Below are positions 50,420 through 59,542 of a stretch of 64,000 nt of DNA, piece by piece. The notes below the pieces were generated by a model that saw only the letters and a list, made by a program, of their open reading frames with translations, was not told where the DNA came from and searched no databases. The stretch's first letter is position 1, and every line of letters begins with the position of its first letter. A program made the translations under genes and the position numbers. The DNA comes from Trueperaceae bacterium (GTDB taxonomy: Bacteria > Deinococcota > Deinococci > Deinococcales > Trueperaceae), in the NCBI GenBank assembly GCA_965215565.1, contig CBDCDZ010000004.1:352001-416000 (forward strand), in the 5' to 3' direction.

Positions 50420-52066
50420 TCAGTCCGCCACCTCGAAGACTTGAGAAGCTTCAGAGACCTGTCCATAAGGGTCGGTTGAGCGCACCGTCACGGTGTGGAC
50501 ACCAGGCTCCAGGTTGTCAGGCAGATCAGCCACCCAGATGTGCGACGAGGGGTTCGGCGTCGAAACCTCTTCGTCTGTACCCAGATAGCGCAGGTAGCGG
50601 TCCTCCATAAAGGGGTCGGCGCGCAGCGTGTGCTGCATAGGCTGAAAGTCGCCGTCATTTAGGCGAAACTCCACCTGATGGCGCTCACCGCCGTCGAAGA
50701 CGTTCACCACGAGCTGCGGTGCTTGCCAGGGGGCGACCTCGAACTGCTCGGGGCTGAGCTGGTTGCGTCCGCTCGCCTCCTGCTCCAGCATAATGCGCAT
50801 CTGATAGTCTTCGGGCTCGCCTGCTGCCTTGAAGCGCGTGCTGTAGTCGTCCCCTTCAAACGAGAGGATGTAGTAGCCGTTAGGATTACCGTCCTCCATC
50901 GTGGTGGCAGGTAGCCCATGCTCGTTCTTGGGTCCACCCCAACCGTCCCCTCTGACTTCCGCCAGAACTTGATGGTGGAGCGGCTCAGGGCCGTTCCAGC
51001 TGTGCTCCTGGCCTAAGTACATCTGCCAGCTGTTGCTGGTATCGTGACCCGCAAGGGTGTAGAGGCGCTCACGCCCCTCAAATACAGCGAGCAAGTCGGG
51101 TAAGTTGACCGTGACGAGGCGTTCAGTTCGGTCTACCGCGTCTGTGGTCAGGGGGATGTGGGTGGCGATGACGACGAGCTTGTCTTCGGGGACAAAGCTG
51201 AGGTCGTTTTCTAACCACGCGATCTGCTCCTGGGAGATAAACCCTCTGTAGCCGCCCTCCGCCGCACCCAAGTAGTCCACGTTGTCGAGCGCGACAAAGT
51301 GTACCTGGCCGTAGTCGAAGGAGTAGTAGGTCGGGCCAAAGATACGCTTAAACGTGTCCGTGGCGTGTTCATCGCTCAAAGCATCGAAGTTGACGTCGTG
51401 GTTGCCCGGTAAGTTCCACCAGGGGATGCCGATCTGCGAGACCAGATCGTTATGCCGCTCGTAAAGCGCGAGGTTGTCGTTCACCACGTCACCCACGGTG
51501 AGTCCGAAGAGGGCGCTCGAGCCGATCAGTTCGGCAATGACGTCGTCGCGCAGATAGCTCAGCTCTTCGTCGGTGGTCGTCTGCGTGTCGGCAAAGGCGA
51601 CCGCGTCAAAGCGGTCTTGCGCTTCGGTAGGAAGGAGCGGAAAGTCTACGGAGTCGGGTATGGCTCCCGTCGGCTCGATACCGCCGAATTCCAGCTCCGG
51701 CGAGCCTTCGGGGTAGTGCAGGTAGTAGAATTGAGGCAGCTGCGCCTCGTTGACAGGCACTTCATAGTCGTTGGGTTTGCTGACGAAGAGAATCATGTTA
51801 TCCCGAGCAGGAAGCTCGTAGCGCCCTTCACCGTCCGTTTGGACGACCTCCAAGCCGTTCGAGACCGCGACGCCTTCAACGCCGGGTTCGCCGCCATCTC
51901 GTTCACCGTTCTGATTCTGATCCTCGAAAACGACGCCCCGAGCGGTCGCTTCACTCGCGTCGCCCGTTGTGTCACCACCTGTAGCACCGCCCGTCGATTG
52001 AGCCTGAACGGTTGTGAGGGTTCCTAAGCTCAATATGCCTACGACGATCCACCTTGGTAAACGCAT
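50420..52066 (-). CDS. Secreted calcineurin-like metallophosphoesterase (paralog of 46554-48281)
   Basis: ADTQ, GDVV, GNHD, HIP and GHD motifs. Confidence 0.92.
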   Translation of the reverse strand: MRLPRWIVVGILSLGTLTTVQAQSTGGATGGDTTGDASEATARGVVFEDQNQNGERDGGEPGVEGVAVSNGLEVVQTDGEGRYELPARDNMILFVSKPNDYEVPVNEAQLPQFYYLHYPEGSPELEFGGIEPTGAIPDSVDFPLLPTEAQDRFDAVAFADTQTTTDEELSYLRDDVIAELIGSSALFGLTVGDVVNDNLALYERHNDLVSQIGIPWWNLPGNHDVNFDALSDEHATDTFKRIFGPTYYSFDYGQVHFVALDNVDYLGAAEGGYRGFISQEQIAWLENDLSFVPEDKLVVIATHIPLTTDAVDRTERLVTVNLPDLLAVFEGRERLYTLAGHDTSNSWQMYLGQEHSWNGPEPLHHQVLAEVRGDGWGGPKNEHGLPATTMEDGNPNGYYILSFEGDDYSTRFKAAGEPEDYQMRIMLEQEASGRNQLSPEQFEVAPWQAPQLVVNVFDGGERHQVEFRLNDGDFQPMQHTLRADPFMEDRYLRYLGTDEEVSTPNPSSHIWVADLPDNLEPGVHTVTVRSTDPYGQVSEASQVFEVAD

Positions 52067-52087
52067 CTTGGTCTCCTTAGAATGAGG

Positions 52088-53152
52088 TCAGTTCTGAACG
52101 CTCGTCTGCGCCATTTGCAACTCACTGAGCCGCACGGTGTTCTGCATAACGAGGTCGCCGTCCACCGCCCGAATCTCCATCGTGACCTCGGGATCGGGCG
52201 CGTCCCAGTCGATACTCAGGAGACCGTAGTTATCAAAGAAGTAGACATCACCTAAACGGTTCGCGTCGGGCGGGATGCTCTCCCAGTTCTCGGTTAAGCC
52301 GCTCGAGTTGACTTCCCAGAGCGGATAGGGCGCGTCAGAGGTGCGCTTGGAGAACTGCGCCCAGTGCGTGTCGCCCGTGATGAAGAATGTGCCGTTTGCG
52401 CCCGTTTCTTGAATGAGGTCCACCATACGCCCCTTCTCGTCTGGAAAGTTCGCCCAGGTCTCCCAACCTGTGCCGTCTTGCAAAAAGGGGATGCTCGTGC
52501 CGATGATATGCAGCTCGGCAGGTTCGCGGAGCGTCTCTTCTAACCAGGTCCACTGCGCCTCGCTGAGCATCCTTGCGTCGGGTCCGGTCGTCGCCGTGTA
52601 GGGTCCCGCGCCGACCTCTTGCCGCGCTTCGTACTCGGCGTCGCTGACCTCATTGATGGGCGAACGCGCCCAGCGTGTGTCGAGCAGGATGATTTGGACG
52701 CGCTGTCCCGCTGGTCCATACGTGTACGACGTGTAGATGCCGCCGTCGCGGGTGCGCCGTTCTGTACCCTCGGGCTCGTTAAAGAAGTCGAGGAAAATCT
52801 CTTTGGACTGCGCCTTCATCGGGTACTCGCGCCCCGCGTCGTTCTCGCCGTAGTCGTGGTCGTCCCAAGTGGCGATGACCTCGGACTGCTCCAAGAGTTG
52901 CTGATAGCCCTCGTTCGCCCCGAGCATCTCGTACGCGCCTCGGAGTTCGGCGGGGTCTTCAGTGTCGCCGTAGACGTTATCACCTAAAAAGATGAATACG
53001 TCGGGGTTACTGTCTACAACAGCGTTCCAGACAGCTTGCGGGCTGCTCTGCTCGGCGCAGGAGCCAAACGCGATACGGGTGATGGGCATGTCTTGGGCGA
53101 AGATTACGCCAACAGATGAACTTAGAAAGAGACTGAGAATGAAACGCTTCAC
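52088..53152 (-). CDS. phoD: Alkaline phosphatase D family protein
   Basis: AFGSC, GDNVYGD, WDDHD, LDTR and GDTH motifs. Confidence 0.92.
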   Translation of the reverse strand: MKRFILSLFLSSSVGVIFAQDMPITRIAFGSCAEQSSPQAVWNAVVDSNPDVFIFLGDNVYGDTEDPAELRGAYEMLGANEGYQQLLEQSEVIATWDDHDYGENDAGREYPMKAQSKEIFLDFFNEPEGTERRTRDGGIYTSYTYGPAGQRVQIILLDTRWARSPINEVSDAEYEARQEVGAGPYTATTGPDARMLSEAQWTWLEETLREPAELHIIGTSIPFLQDGTGWETWANFPDEKGRMVDLIQETGANGTFFITGDTHWAQFSKRTSDAPYPLWEVNSSGLTENWESIPPDANRLGDVYFFDNYGLLSIDWDAPDPEVTMEIRAVDGDLVMQNTVRLSELQMAQTSVQN

Positions 53153-53991
53153 TGTTGGCCTCTCGAGCTGCTCGCACTTGACGTGCGCAAAAAGGCTTCC
53201 AAGCCTGCTAGGTCGTCCGTGTTGATGTGGTCCACACCGACCTCATCCAGGACGCGCCACACCGCCTCGCGTGCCGGACCGGGCTCGTCCGGCGTCGCCC
53301 AGAAGCGCATCGTGCGCCCGCTCTCGTGCGCAGTGCGGACAATACGCTCCAACTTCTGCCGCTCCGCTCTAGGTATCTCGCCCTCGCCGTTCCAAATGAA
53401 GTTCGAGGTCCAGCGGTCGCTGATGAGTGGGATAAAGCTAGCTGGTGCGTCCGAGCCCAGGTCGTCCAAGCGTCCGTCGTACCCGGCGTAGCGCGTCGCT
53501 TGGGCTTGCATCAGCTCGCGTGGGCGGTTGCCGGAGATAATGGCGGTGACAGGACCTTGTTGAGCACCGTTCTCACCATAAGCTGTAAGGATATCTTTGT
53601 AAGACGCCAGTACCTCGTGAAGCGCTCTATAGGTCGCCTCCTCGTCCGTCTTGATATCGATAAGGAGCGTCAGCGATTCATCGCTACCTTCGTAGACCGA
53701 GCCGCTATTCTGCTCGATGCGCGCCCGCAGCGGGTCCAGGTAGAGCGATTCTAAAGTCCTTCCCAAGCGCAACTCGTGTGCGTCGTGCCCGACAAACAGT
53801 TCGCCGAACACGAGAAAGATATCGGCCTCCACGCTAGTGAAGCCGTAGCTGAGCGCGTCGTAGAGCGGGCGCTCGTGTTCATAGTCGTTGTGGGCGTGCG
53901 CTTGCTCTAAAGGCACAACAGACTGGGCAACAGCGAGGGGAACGGTAAAGAGTAGAAGAGCTGCTGCGAGGTGAAAAGCTTGGCGCATCAT
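53149..53991 (-). CDS. Secreted PI-PLC/GDPD-superfamily phosphodiesterase (AIM6-like)
   Basis: AHAHNDY, SVEAD, VGHD, LLIDIK, RFWATPD and INTDDL motifs. Confidence 0.88.
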   Translation of the reverse strand: MMRQAFHLAAALLLFTVPLAVAQSVVPLEQAHAHNDYEHERPLYDALSYGFTSVEADIFLVFGELFVGHDAHELRLGRTLESLYLDPLRARIEQNSGSVYEGSDESLTLLIDIKTDEEATYRALHEVLASYKDILTAYGENGAQQGPVTAIISGNRPRELMQAQATRYAGYDGRLDDLGSDAPASFIPLISDRWTSNFIWNGEGEIPRAERQKLERIVRTAHESGRTMRFWATPDEPGPAREAVWRVLDEVGVDHINTDDLAGLEAFLRTSSASSSRGQQ

Positions 53992-54107
53992 GCAACCTCC
54001 CGTGTGGTGCTTGTTGAGGGTTGCCCAGGGCATCTTTCTTTATAGACGCTCGAGGTCAGCGCAAGGTCAGCGGTTAGATAAGGGATTTAGCCTATATAGA
54101 AGTAGCG

Positions 54108-54141
54108 CTTCTGCGACGAACGCGCGCAACTGTTGCGTTAG
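54108..54141. repeat. 34-bp site S9
   Basis: CTTCTGCGACGAAC GCGCGC AACTGTTGCGTTAG; overlaps the GNAT stop codon. Confidence 0.85.
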
Positions 54142-54773
54142 CGCATCTCTTGTACAGGTCGCCACATGAACCAGAAGGGCGGTCCGCCGGGTAGCAGGCT
54201 CTCCTCATAGCGGATAATGTTGAAGCCGTGCTTTTCGTAGAGCCGCACATTAGACTCGAGCATCGTCTCCAAGTAGCAGCCATATCCGGTTCTCTCGCTC
54301 CGCCCGAGCCCTTCACGAACTAGATACGATCCAACCCCCTGCCCTTGCTTTTCTTTAATAACACCTAGCACGACCAGATACCAATGAGGCTCCTTAGGGT
54401 GGGCGACGTCGATCACGCTGCCCAGCTTGGCAAGGCGAGGAAAAGCCCGCGGGTCGGCAAGGGCGATACGTAGGAGCGGTAAGGCGGCGCGCACCTGTCG
54501 TCGCAGGGTCATCACCGCGTGACCCGGAGGCAGCCACACCGCTACACCGGCAATACGGTCGTCCTCGAGCGCGACGCTTACGTGTCCGTACCATAGGGCG
54601 TCCGTGAGGGCGACTCGAAAAAAAGCGGGCAGTAGCCTTTTGCGCTTCGCCTTATCAGACCAAACACTCATAAACTGGGGAGCGTCATAGAAGCTCTCAG
54701 CTAAGACCGCTGCGGTCTCGTCTAAGCGCGAACGGTCTGAGAGGTCGAGTATCTGGATGGATGATGGGGTCAT
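54138..54773 (-). CDS. GNAT-family N-acetyltransferase
   Basis: HWYL..LGV...QGQGVG, YLET and NV.LYEKHGF motifs. Confidence 0.93.
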   Translation of the reverse strand: MTPSSIQILDLSDRSRLDETAAVLAESFYDAPQFMSVWSDKAKRKRLLPAFFRVALTDALWYGHVSVALEDDRIAGVAVWLPPGHAVMTLRRQVRAALPLLRIALADPRAFPRLAKLGSVIDVAHPKEPHWYLVVLGVIKEKQGQGVGSYLVREGLGRSERTGYGCYLETMLESNVRLYEKHGFNIIRYEESLLPGGPPFWFMWRPVQEMR

Positions 54774-54867
54774 AGGGCTACCTCGCCCTTTAGGTTAGCG
54801 CGAGTGCTGCCCCGGCGCATGTGCTGAAGGTCATGCGTCAAAACGTTCTGGAGCTCCTTGATACAGC

Positions 54868-54901
54868 TTAGTGCGACAGACGCGCGCGACTCTCGCATTG
54901 C
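54868..54901. repeat. 34-bp site S10
   Basis: TTAGTGCGACAGAC GCGCGC GACTCTCGCATTGC. Confidence 0.88.
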
Positions 54902-54993
54902 GTTCAGGCACCCCTTGAGCCGCCTTCCAGTCGGCGTGGCAAAAAGCGGGCAGTCCTGCCACCAATAGTGGTACAATTGCCAAGAGGTGCAAG

Positions 54994-55386
54994 ATGACCG
55001 TCCAACAGTTAGTTCAAGGCAACAGCACGGAGCGCATTGCAGCAGTTCGCGAAGGACTCTCCTTCGAGAGCTTCGTCACGCTGCGTGAAGCCTTAGACGT
55101 GGGTACAGATGAGCTCGCTCAGCTTTTGGGCATTCCCCGTCGCACGCTGACCAAGCGGCAGAGCGAGGGCGTCTTCAAGCTTGCCGAGAGCAACGCCATC
55201 AGCCGGGTGGCTCGCGTGTACAAGGAAACGCTCGACTTCTTCAGTGATGAGGCAGACACGCTGAGATGGCTTAAAACGCCTCTGCCCGCGCTTGGCGGCG
55301 CACCTTTAAGCTTACTTGATACCGATCCAGGCGCTGACGCGGTGAGTACACTCCTCACTCAGCTCGCTTGGGGCATCTATCCTTGA
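54994..55386 (+). CDS. Xre/MbcA/ParS antitoxin
   Basis: VREGL, LGIPRRTL.KR and WLKTPLPALGG.PLSLLDT motifs. Confidence 0.93.
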   Translation: MTVQQLVQGNSTERIAAVREGLSFESFVTLREALDVGTDELAQLLGIPRRTLTKRQSEGVFKLAESNAISRVARVYKETLDFFSDEADTLRWLKTPLPALGGAPLSLLDTDPGADAVSTLLTQLAWGIYP

Positions 55387-55838
55387 TCGTCGCTTGGCGG
55401 CTCACCCACGAGCGCTTCAAAGACCAAGCAGTAAGCGGTAACGGTGGGCTGTTCGCCCCCGGACGTTGGCATAGCCAAGGAAAACGAATTGTATATAGCT
55501 CAAGCAGCTTGGCGCTTGCCACGCTCGAGCTGTTCGTGAACTTGCAGAACAAGCGGCAGCTCGCCCACTATGTCAAGAGCCGAATAGAGATTCCTCAAGA
55601 GCTTACCGAAACCCTAGAGGAAGATGCTCTAAGGACGTTTTTACGGGCTCCCGACCAGTTTGACAGCCGTGGCTACGGCGACTCGTGGCTCGCTGGGGAG
55701 CGAAGCTGTGTACTCCAGGTTCCGAGTCGGGTGGTACCGCAGGAATGGAACTACCTCATCAACCCATTGCACACAGATTTCGAGAAGATCGTCGCCTCGA
55801 CTAGCCTATACGAGGTGGATGAGCGCCTTTTGCTATAA
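55383..55838 (+). CDS. RES-domain toxin
   Basis: GRWH, YSS.SLALATLE, VPS.VVP and NYLINPLH motifs. Confidence 0.93.
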   Translation: MIVAWRLTHERFKDQAVSGNGGLFAPGRWHSQGKRIVYSSSSLALATLELFVNLQNKRQLAHYVKSRIEIPQELTETLEEDALRTFLRAPDQFDSRGYGDSWLAGERSCVLQVPSRVVPQEWNYLINPLHTDFEKIVASTSLYEVDERLLL

Positions 55839-55851
55839 AGCAGTAGTCAGA

Positions 55852-55885
55852 GTTGTGCGTGAAACGCGCGCGTCACACGCAGAAG
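55852..55885. repeat. 34-bp site S11
   Basis: GTTGTGCGTGAAAC GCGCGC GTCACACGCAGAAG, 13 bp after the RES stop. Confidence 0.9.
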
Positions 55886-55934
55886 AGAAAACGCTACGAA
55901 AGGCTTGCATTGCCGCACAAACTTCGGCGGCAGG

Positions 55935-56705
55935 TTACGTCAGCGCCACGCCCGATACTTGGCGGCAGTACTCGAGCAAACGGTCCTGCAAGTCGGGGTC
56001 TCGCGCCGCCGGATGGACCTCGCCAGGTCGCTGGTGATAGAAAAAACCGCCGCTCCGCTGCGCTTCTGGATCGCCGCTCACCGCCAACCACGCCTGGGTC
56101 AGGTGGGCCTGATCGAGATCGTCGGGCGCACTAGGACCGCCCATACGGGTTGCCACCCAGCCGGGGCTGACCACGTTCGACGCTACGTAAGGCCAATGCC
56201 GTGCCACGCCGAAAGCGAGCAGCACATCGTGGAGCTTCGTATCGGAATAAGCCTGAGCACCGTTCCAGCGGCGATTGGCGTATTGCAGATCTTCCAGACT
56301 CGCGTCGCCGCCCAAGTGCATACCCGAACTCAAGTAGACCAGTCGTTCGGGCTTTTCCATGAGCGCGGTGAGCATGTAGGGCGCGAGTACGTTGACAGCC
56401 CAGAGTTGGGATAACCCGTCTTCCGTCTCGACGCGGCGAGATTCACGGTAGCCGAGCCCGACGTTATGGACCACTGCGTCAAAGGGGTTGAGCGTGTTAG
56501 CTTGGTCGGCGACACCGCGCATCGCTGCGAGCGTTGACACGTCACCGACCAGCACCGCCTCGGCTTGCGGCAACGCAGCCCGCGTATCCTCTGCCCGCGC
56601 CTCGTTCCTAACGTGGAGCACGACGGCGTGCCCTTGCTCGGCGAGAAGGCGACCTACCATCAAGCCGAGTCCGTCCGATGAACCGGTGATGAAAACTTTT
56701 GCCAT
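55935..56705 (-). CDS. SDR-family oxidoreductase
   Basis: TGSSDGLG and YSDTK motifs. Confidence 0.93.
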   Translation of the reverse strand: MAKVFITGSSDGLGLMVGRLLAEQGHAVVLHVRNEARAEDTRAALPQAEAVLVGDVSTLAAMRGVADQANTLNPFDAVVHNVGLGYRESRRVETEDGLSQLWAVNVLAPYMLTALMEKPERLVYLSSGMHLGGDASLEDLQYANRRWNGAQAYSDTKLHDVLLAFGVARHWPYVASNVVSPGWVATRMGGPSAPDDLDQAHLTQAWLAVSGDPEAQRSGGFFYHQRPGEVHPAARDPDLQDRLLEYCRQVSGVALT

Positions 56706-56792
56706 CTCGTCCTCCTTCGTGTCCGCCGCTAGGCGGCGTTCAGTCTGTAGGACGCTCTGTGGCGAGTGCCATCCTTAGAAGCCGATGCCCTT

Positions 56793-57689
56793 TCAGTTGT
56801 TGAAGTAGTAGCCCTGCTCGAGGTCTTCGGCGAGTCCCGGCTCAGTCGGCTGCCACCCCAGTCGCTCGCGGGTCAGCGTGCTCGAGGTCGGGTTGTCAGC
56901 GGCAATGACGAACGAGAGCCAACCGAAGTGCTCACCCACCTCTTCCAGAGACTTGCTGACCACTGGTACGCTCAAGCGTTCGCCGATGACCTCAGCGATG
57001 TCCCGGACCAGTATGCCTTCCTCGGCGACCCCGTGGAGCCTCGAGCCTGCCGGTGCCCGCTCTAAGGCCAGGCGGAAGAGGCGCGCGGCGTCGCGGCGGT
57101 GCACCGCAGGCCAGCGGTTAGCGCCGTCCCCTACATAGGCTGAGACGCCCTCTGCGCGGGCGAGGCCGATAAGCGCCGGGACAAACGCGATGTCGCCATC
57201 GCCGTGGACCGAGGGCGGCAACCGCACCAGAGACGAGCGCACCCCGCGCGAGGCCAGAGAAAGCGCTGCCTCTTCAGACGGCAGGCGGACCGCCGAGGCC
57301 GAGCTGACCTCAGCAGCGTCTTCTTCCGTGACCGGCTTCTTGGCTGCAACCACAGTGGTCCCGGAGGTGATGACGAGTGGCCGACCCGATCCAACTAACG
57401 CCTCTCCCATGACCTCAACGGCGCGGCAGTCAATCTCGCCGGCTTTCTCGTATTGTGAGAAGTCGTGGACGAACGCGAGGTGGATGACCCCATCGGACGC
57501 CGTAGCGCCGGCACGGAGGCTATCCAGGTCGCCCAGCGACCCGCGGTGCACCTCGGCTCCGGCGGCGGTGAGGTCCTGAGCGGAAGCATCCGAACGGGCG
57601 AGACCGAGCACCTGATGCCCCGCACCGAGCAGCTCTTGAACGACGGCGGAGCCGATAAAGCCTGTTGCGCCAGTTACAAAAACACGCAT
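56793..57689 (-). CDS. Atypical SDR / NAD-dependent epimerase
   Basis: TGATGFIG, HLAF and VH..DAA motifs. Confidence 0.93.
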   Translation of the reverse strand: MRVFVTGATGFIGSAVVQELLGAGHQVLGLARSDASAQDLTAAGAEVHRGSLGDLDSLRAGATASDGVIHLAFVHDFSQYEKAGEIDCRAVEVMGEALVGSGRPLVITSGTTVVAAKKPVTEEDAAEVSSASAVRLPSEEAALSLASRGVRSSLVRLPPSVHGDGDIAFVPALIGLARAEGVSAYVGDGANRWPAVHRRDAARLFRLALERAPAGSRLHGVAEEGILVRDIAEVIGERLSVPVVSKSLEEVGEHFGWLSFVIAADNPTSSTLTRERLGWQPTEPGLAEDLEQGYYFNN

Positions 57690-57782
57690 GTTAAACTCCC
57701 TTCGTGGCTAAGCATTATCGGCTTAAAGCCGCCTTGATAAAAGTCGTGACGGCATACCGGTATAGCGACTAACAGGCTAAAT

Positions 57783-58646
57783 ATGACGGAGACCTTCACA
57801 GACGACAACGCACTAGGAGCCTACCTCAGAAATCGTCGCGCCCGGCTCGACCCCGCCGACTTTGGCTTTTCCGGGCGGCGGCGGACGCCCGGGCTGCGGC
57901 GCGAAGAGGTCGCCCAACGTGCTAACCTCAGCGTCACCTGGTACACCTGGCTCGAGCAGGGGCGCGGCGGCACACCCTCGGCTAACGTACTCGAGCGGCT
58001 TGCCCGCGCCCTGGTGCTGACGCCCGCCGAGCGGGAACATCTCTTTTTATTAGCGCAGCACCGACCACCCGAAGTCCGCTGCCAGGTCGGGGAGGTCACG
58101 CCACATCTTCAGCGGGTACTCGACGCACTCGAATTCAGCCCAGCCCTTGTCAAGACCCCGACCTGGGATGTGCTCGCCTGGAACCGCGCGGCGGCGGCGG
58201 TGCTAACCGACTACGGCACGCTCGAGGCCGAGGAGCGCAATATCCTCCGCCTCGTCTTTGGAGACCTCCGCGCCCGCGCTGCCAATCCGGGCTGGGAGAG
58301 CAGTGCCCGCTTCGTACTAGCGACGTTTCGCCTGGAGGTGGTCCGCGCCAGGGTCGGTGTCAGCGGGGAGCTGCTGGTTGAGGAGCTGAGCCAGTCGAGC
58401 CCTGAGTTCAGGACGATGTGGCGCGAGAATGAGGTTGGCACATATGGCGAGGGCACCAAGCATCTCGAGCATTCAGAGGCAGGGTCGTTGGCGCTGGACT
58501 ACTCGACCTTCGCCGTTGACGGACAGCCTGGCCTCGGCTTAGTCGTTTTCAATCCGACCACGCCCACAGATGCGGAGCGGGTCCGCTCGCTCGTCAAAGC
58601 GCACGCCGTTGTCTCGGCACGACCATCGGCGTCGCGCCCTAGCTAG
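57783..58646 (+). CDS. XRE HTH plus MmyB-like ligand-binding regulator
   Basis: RRTPGLRREEVA, WLEQGR and SPEF...W motifs. Confidence 0.93.
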   Translation: MTETFTDDNALGAYLRNRRARLDPADFGFSGRRRTPGLRREEVAQRANLSVTWYTWLEQGRGGTPSANVLERLARALVLTPAEREHLFLLAQHRPPEVRCQVGEVTPHLQRVLDALEFSPALVKTPTWDVLAWNRAAAAVLTDYGTLEAEERNILRLVFGDLRARAANPGWESSARFVLATFRLEVVRARVGVSGELLVEELSQSSPEFRTMWRENEVGTYGEGTKHLEHSEAGSLALDYSTFAVDGQPGLGLVVFNPTTPTDAERVRSLVKAHAVVSARPSASRPS

Positions 58647-58804
58647 AACAAGCATCAAGCTCAGTCGGATGTTATACTGGCTCGTCCAGCAAGTTAGAGC
58701 TTCCGAAGGTGTCCAGAAGTTTGGCACTGTTGATGTCATTAGTAAACATCTAGCACAGATGACGATCAATCTGGCCAACTCTCTTCGCTATAATCACCAT
58801 GAAC

Positions 58805-58838
58805 AGGGTGCGATCCGAAGCGACCATTCTCGCGGAAA
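58805..58838. repeat. Candidate degenerate 34-bp site closing the SDR/XRE module
   Basis: AGGGTGCGATCCGA AGCGAC CATTCTCGCGGAAA; arm spacing fits, core diverged. Confidence 0.35.
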
Positions 58839-59542
58839 AGCACCGCATAGTCCCTAGTCGCGTCGCGTCCGTCGAAGTTCGCTTGTTTAAGCGACTCGAG
58901 CACCAGGTCCGTCGACTGACTTGGTGATTGCCGCACCTCGGAGCGTACCCGAGAGGACCGTTTCGACCTGCTCGACCCTTGACTGACCCCGTGAACCTTG
59001 CGAAGGTGCTTTTCGAGATTCTTCGCCCTTACTTGTGAAGGGCACTCCGCATGCTTTGGATGATGCCGTTGGTAGTCAGTTCGCTTCGGAAGGCGTGGCT
59101 AGCGTATTGAGAACCCTGGTCCGAATGATGAACGAGCCCTGCTAAGCTATGGCGCTGCTGGGTTGCCATTGCCAGCGCCGAGCGGGTTAAGTCGTCAGTG
59201 AGCCTTTCTGAGAACGCTCAGCCAATGACTCTGCGACTAAAGAGGTCAAGCGTCATAGCCAGGTAAAGCCAGCCTTCAGCAGTGGCAAGGTAGGTGATGT
59301 CGCTTGCCCAAATAGTATTAGGCTCTGCTGCGCTGAAGTTCTGCTGCACTAAGTTCTCAGCTTTAGGGCGCTGGTGCTTGGAATTTGTCGTGGTTTTATA
59401 TTTTCGTTTCGTTTTACCTCTCAGCCCCGCCGCTTTCATCAGGCGCGCGACGCGCTTGCGTCCAACACTGTGTCCAGCAGCCTTGAGGTCGCTATGGATG
59501 CGCGGCGAGCCATATGTACAACGACTTCCGCAGTGGAACTTA

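Noticed and set aside
21395..55885. Classical integron with attC sites
   Set aside because: The sites are fixed-length, lack RYYYAAC/GTTRRRY boxes in attC arrangement, cargo is on both strands, and no IntI-specific insertion is evident in the recombinase.
21395..55885. The 34-bp sites as terminators or a CRISPR array
   Set aside because: There are no U-tracts, the arms pair poorly in the middle, sites occur upstream as well as downstream of genes, spacing is 0.7-12 kb, and there are no cas genes.
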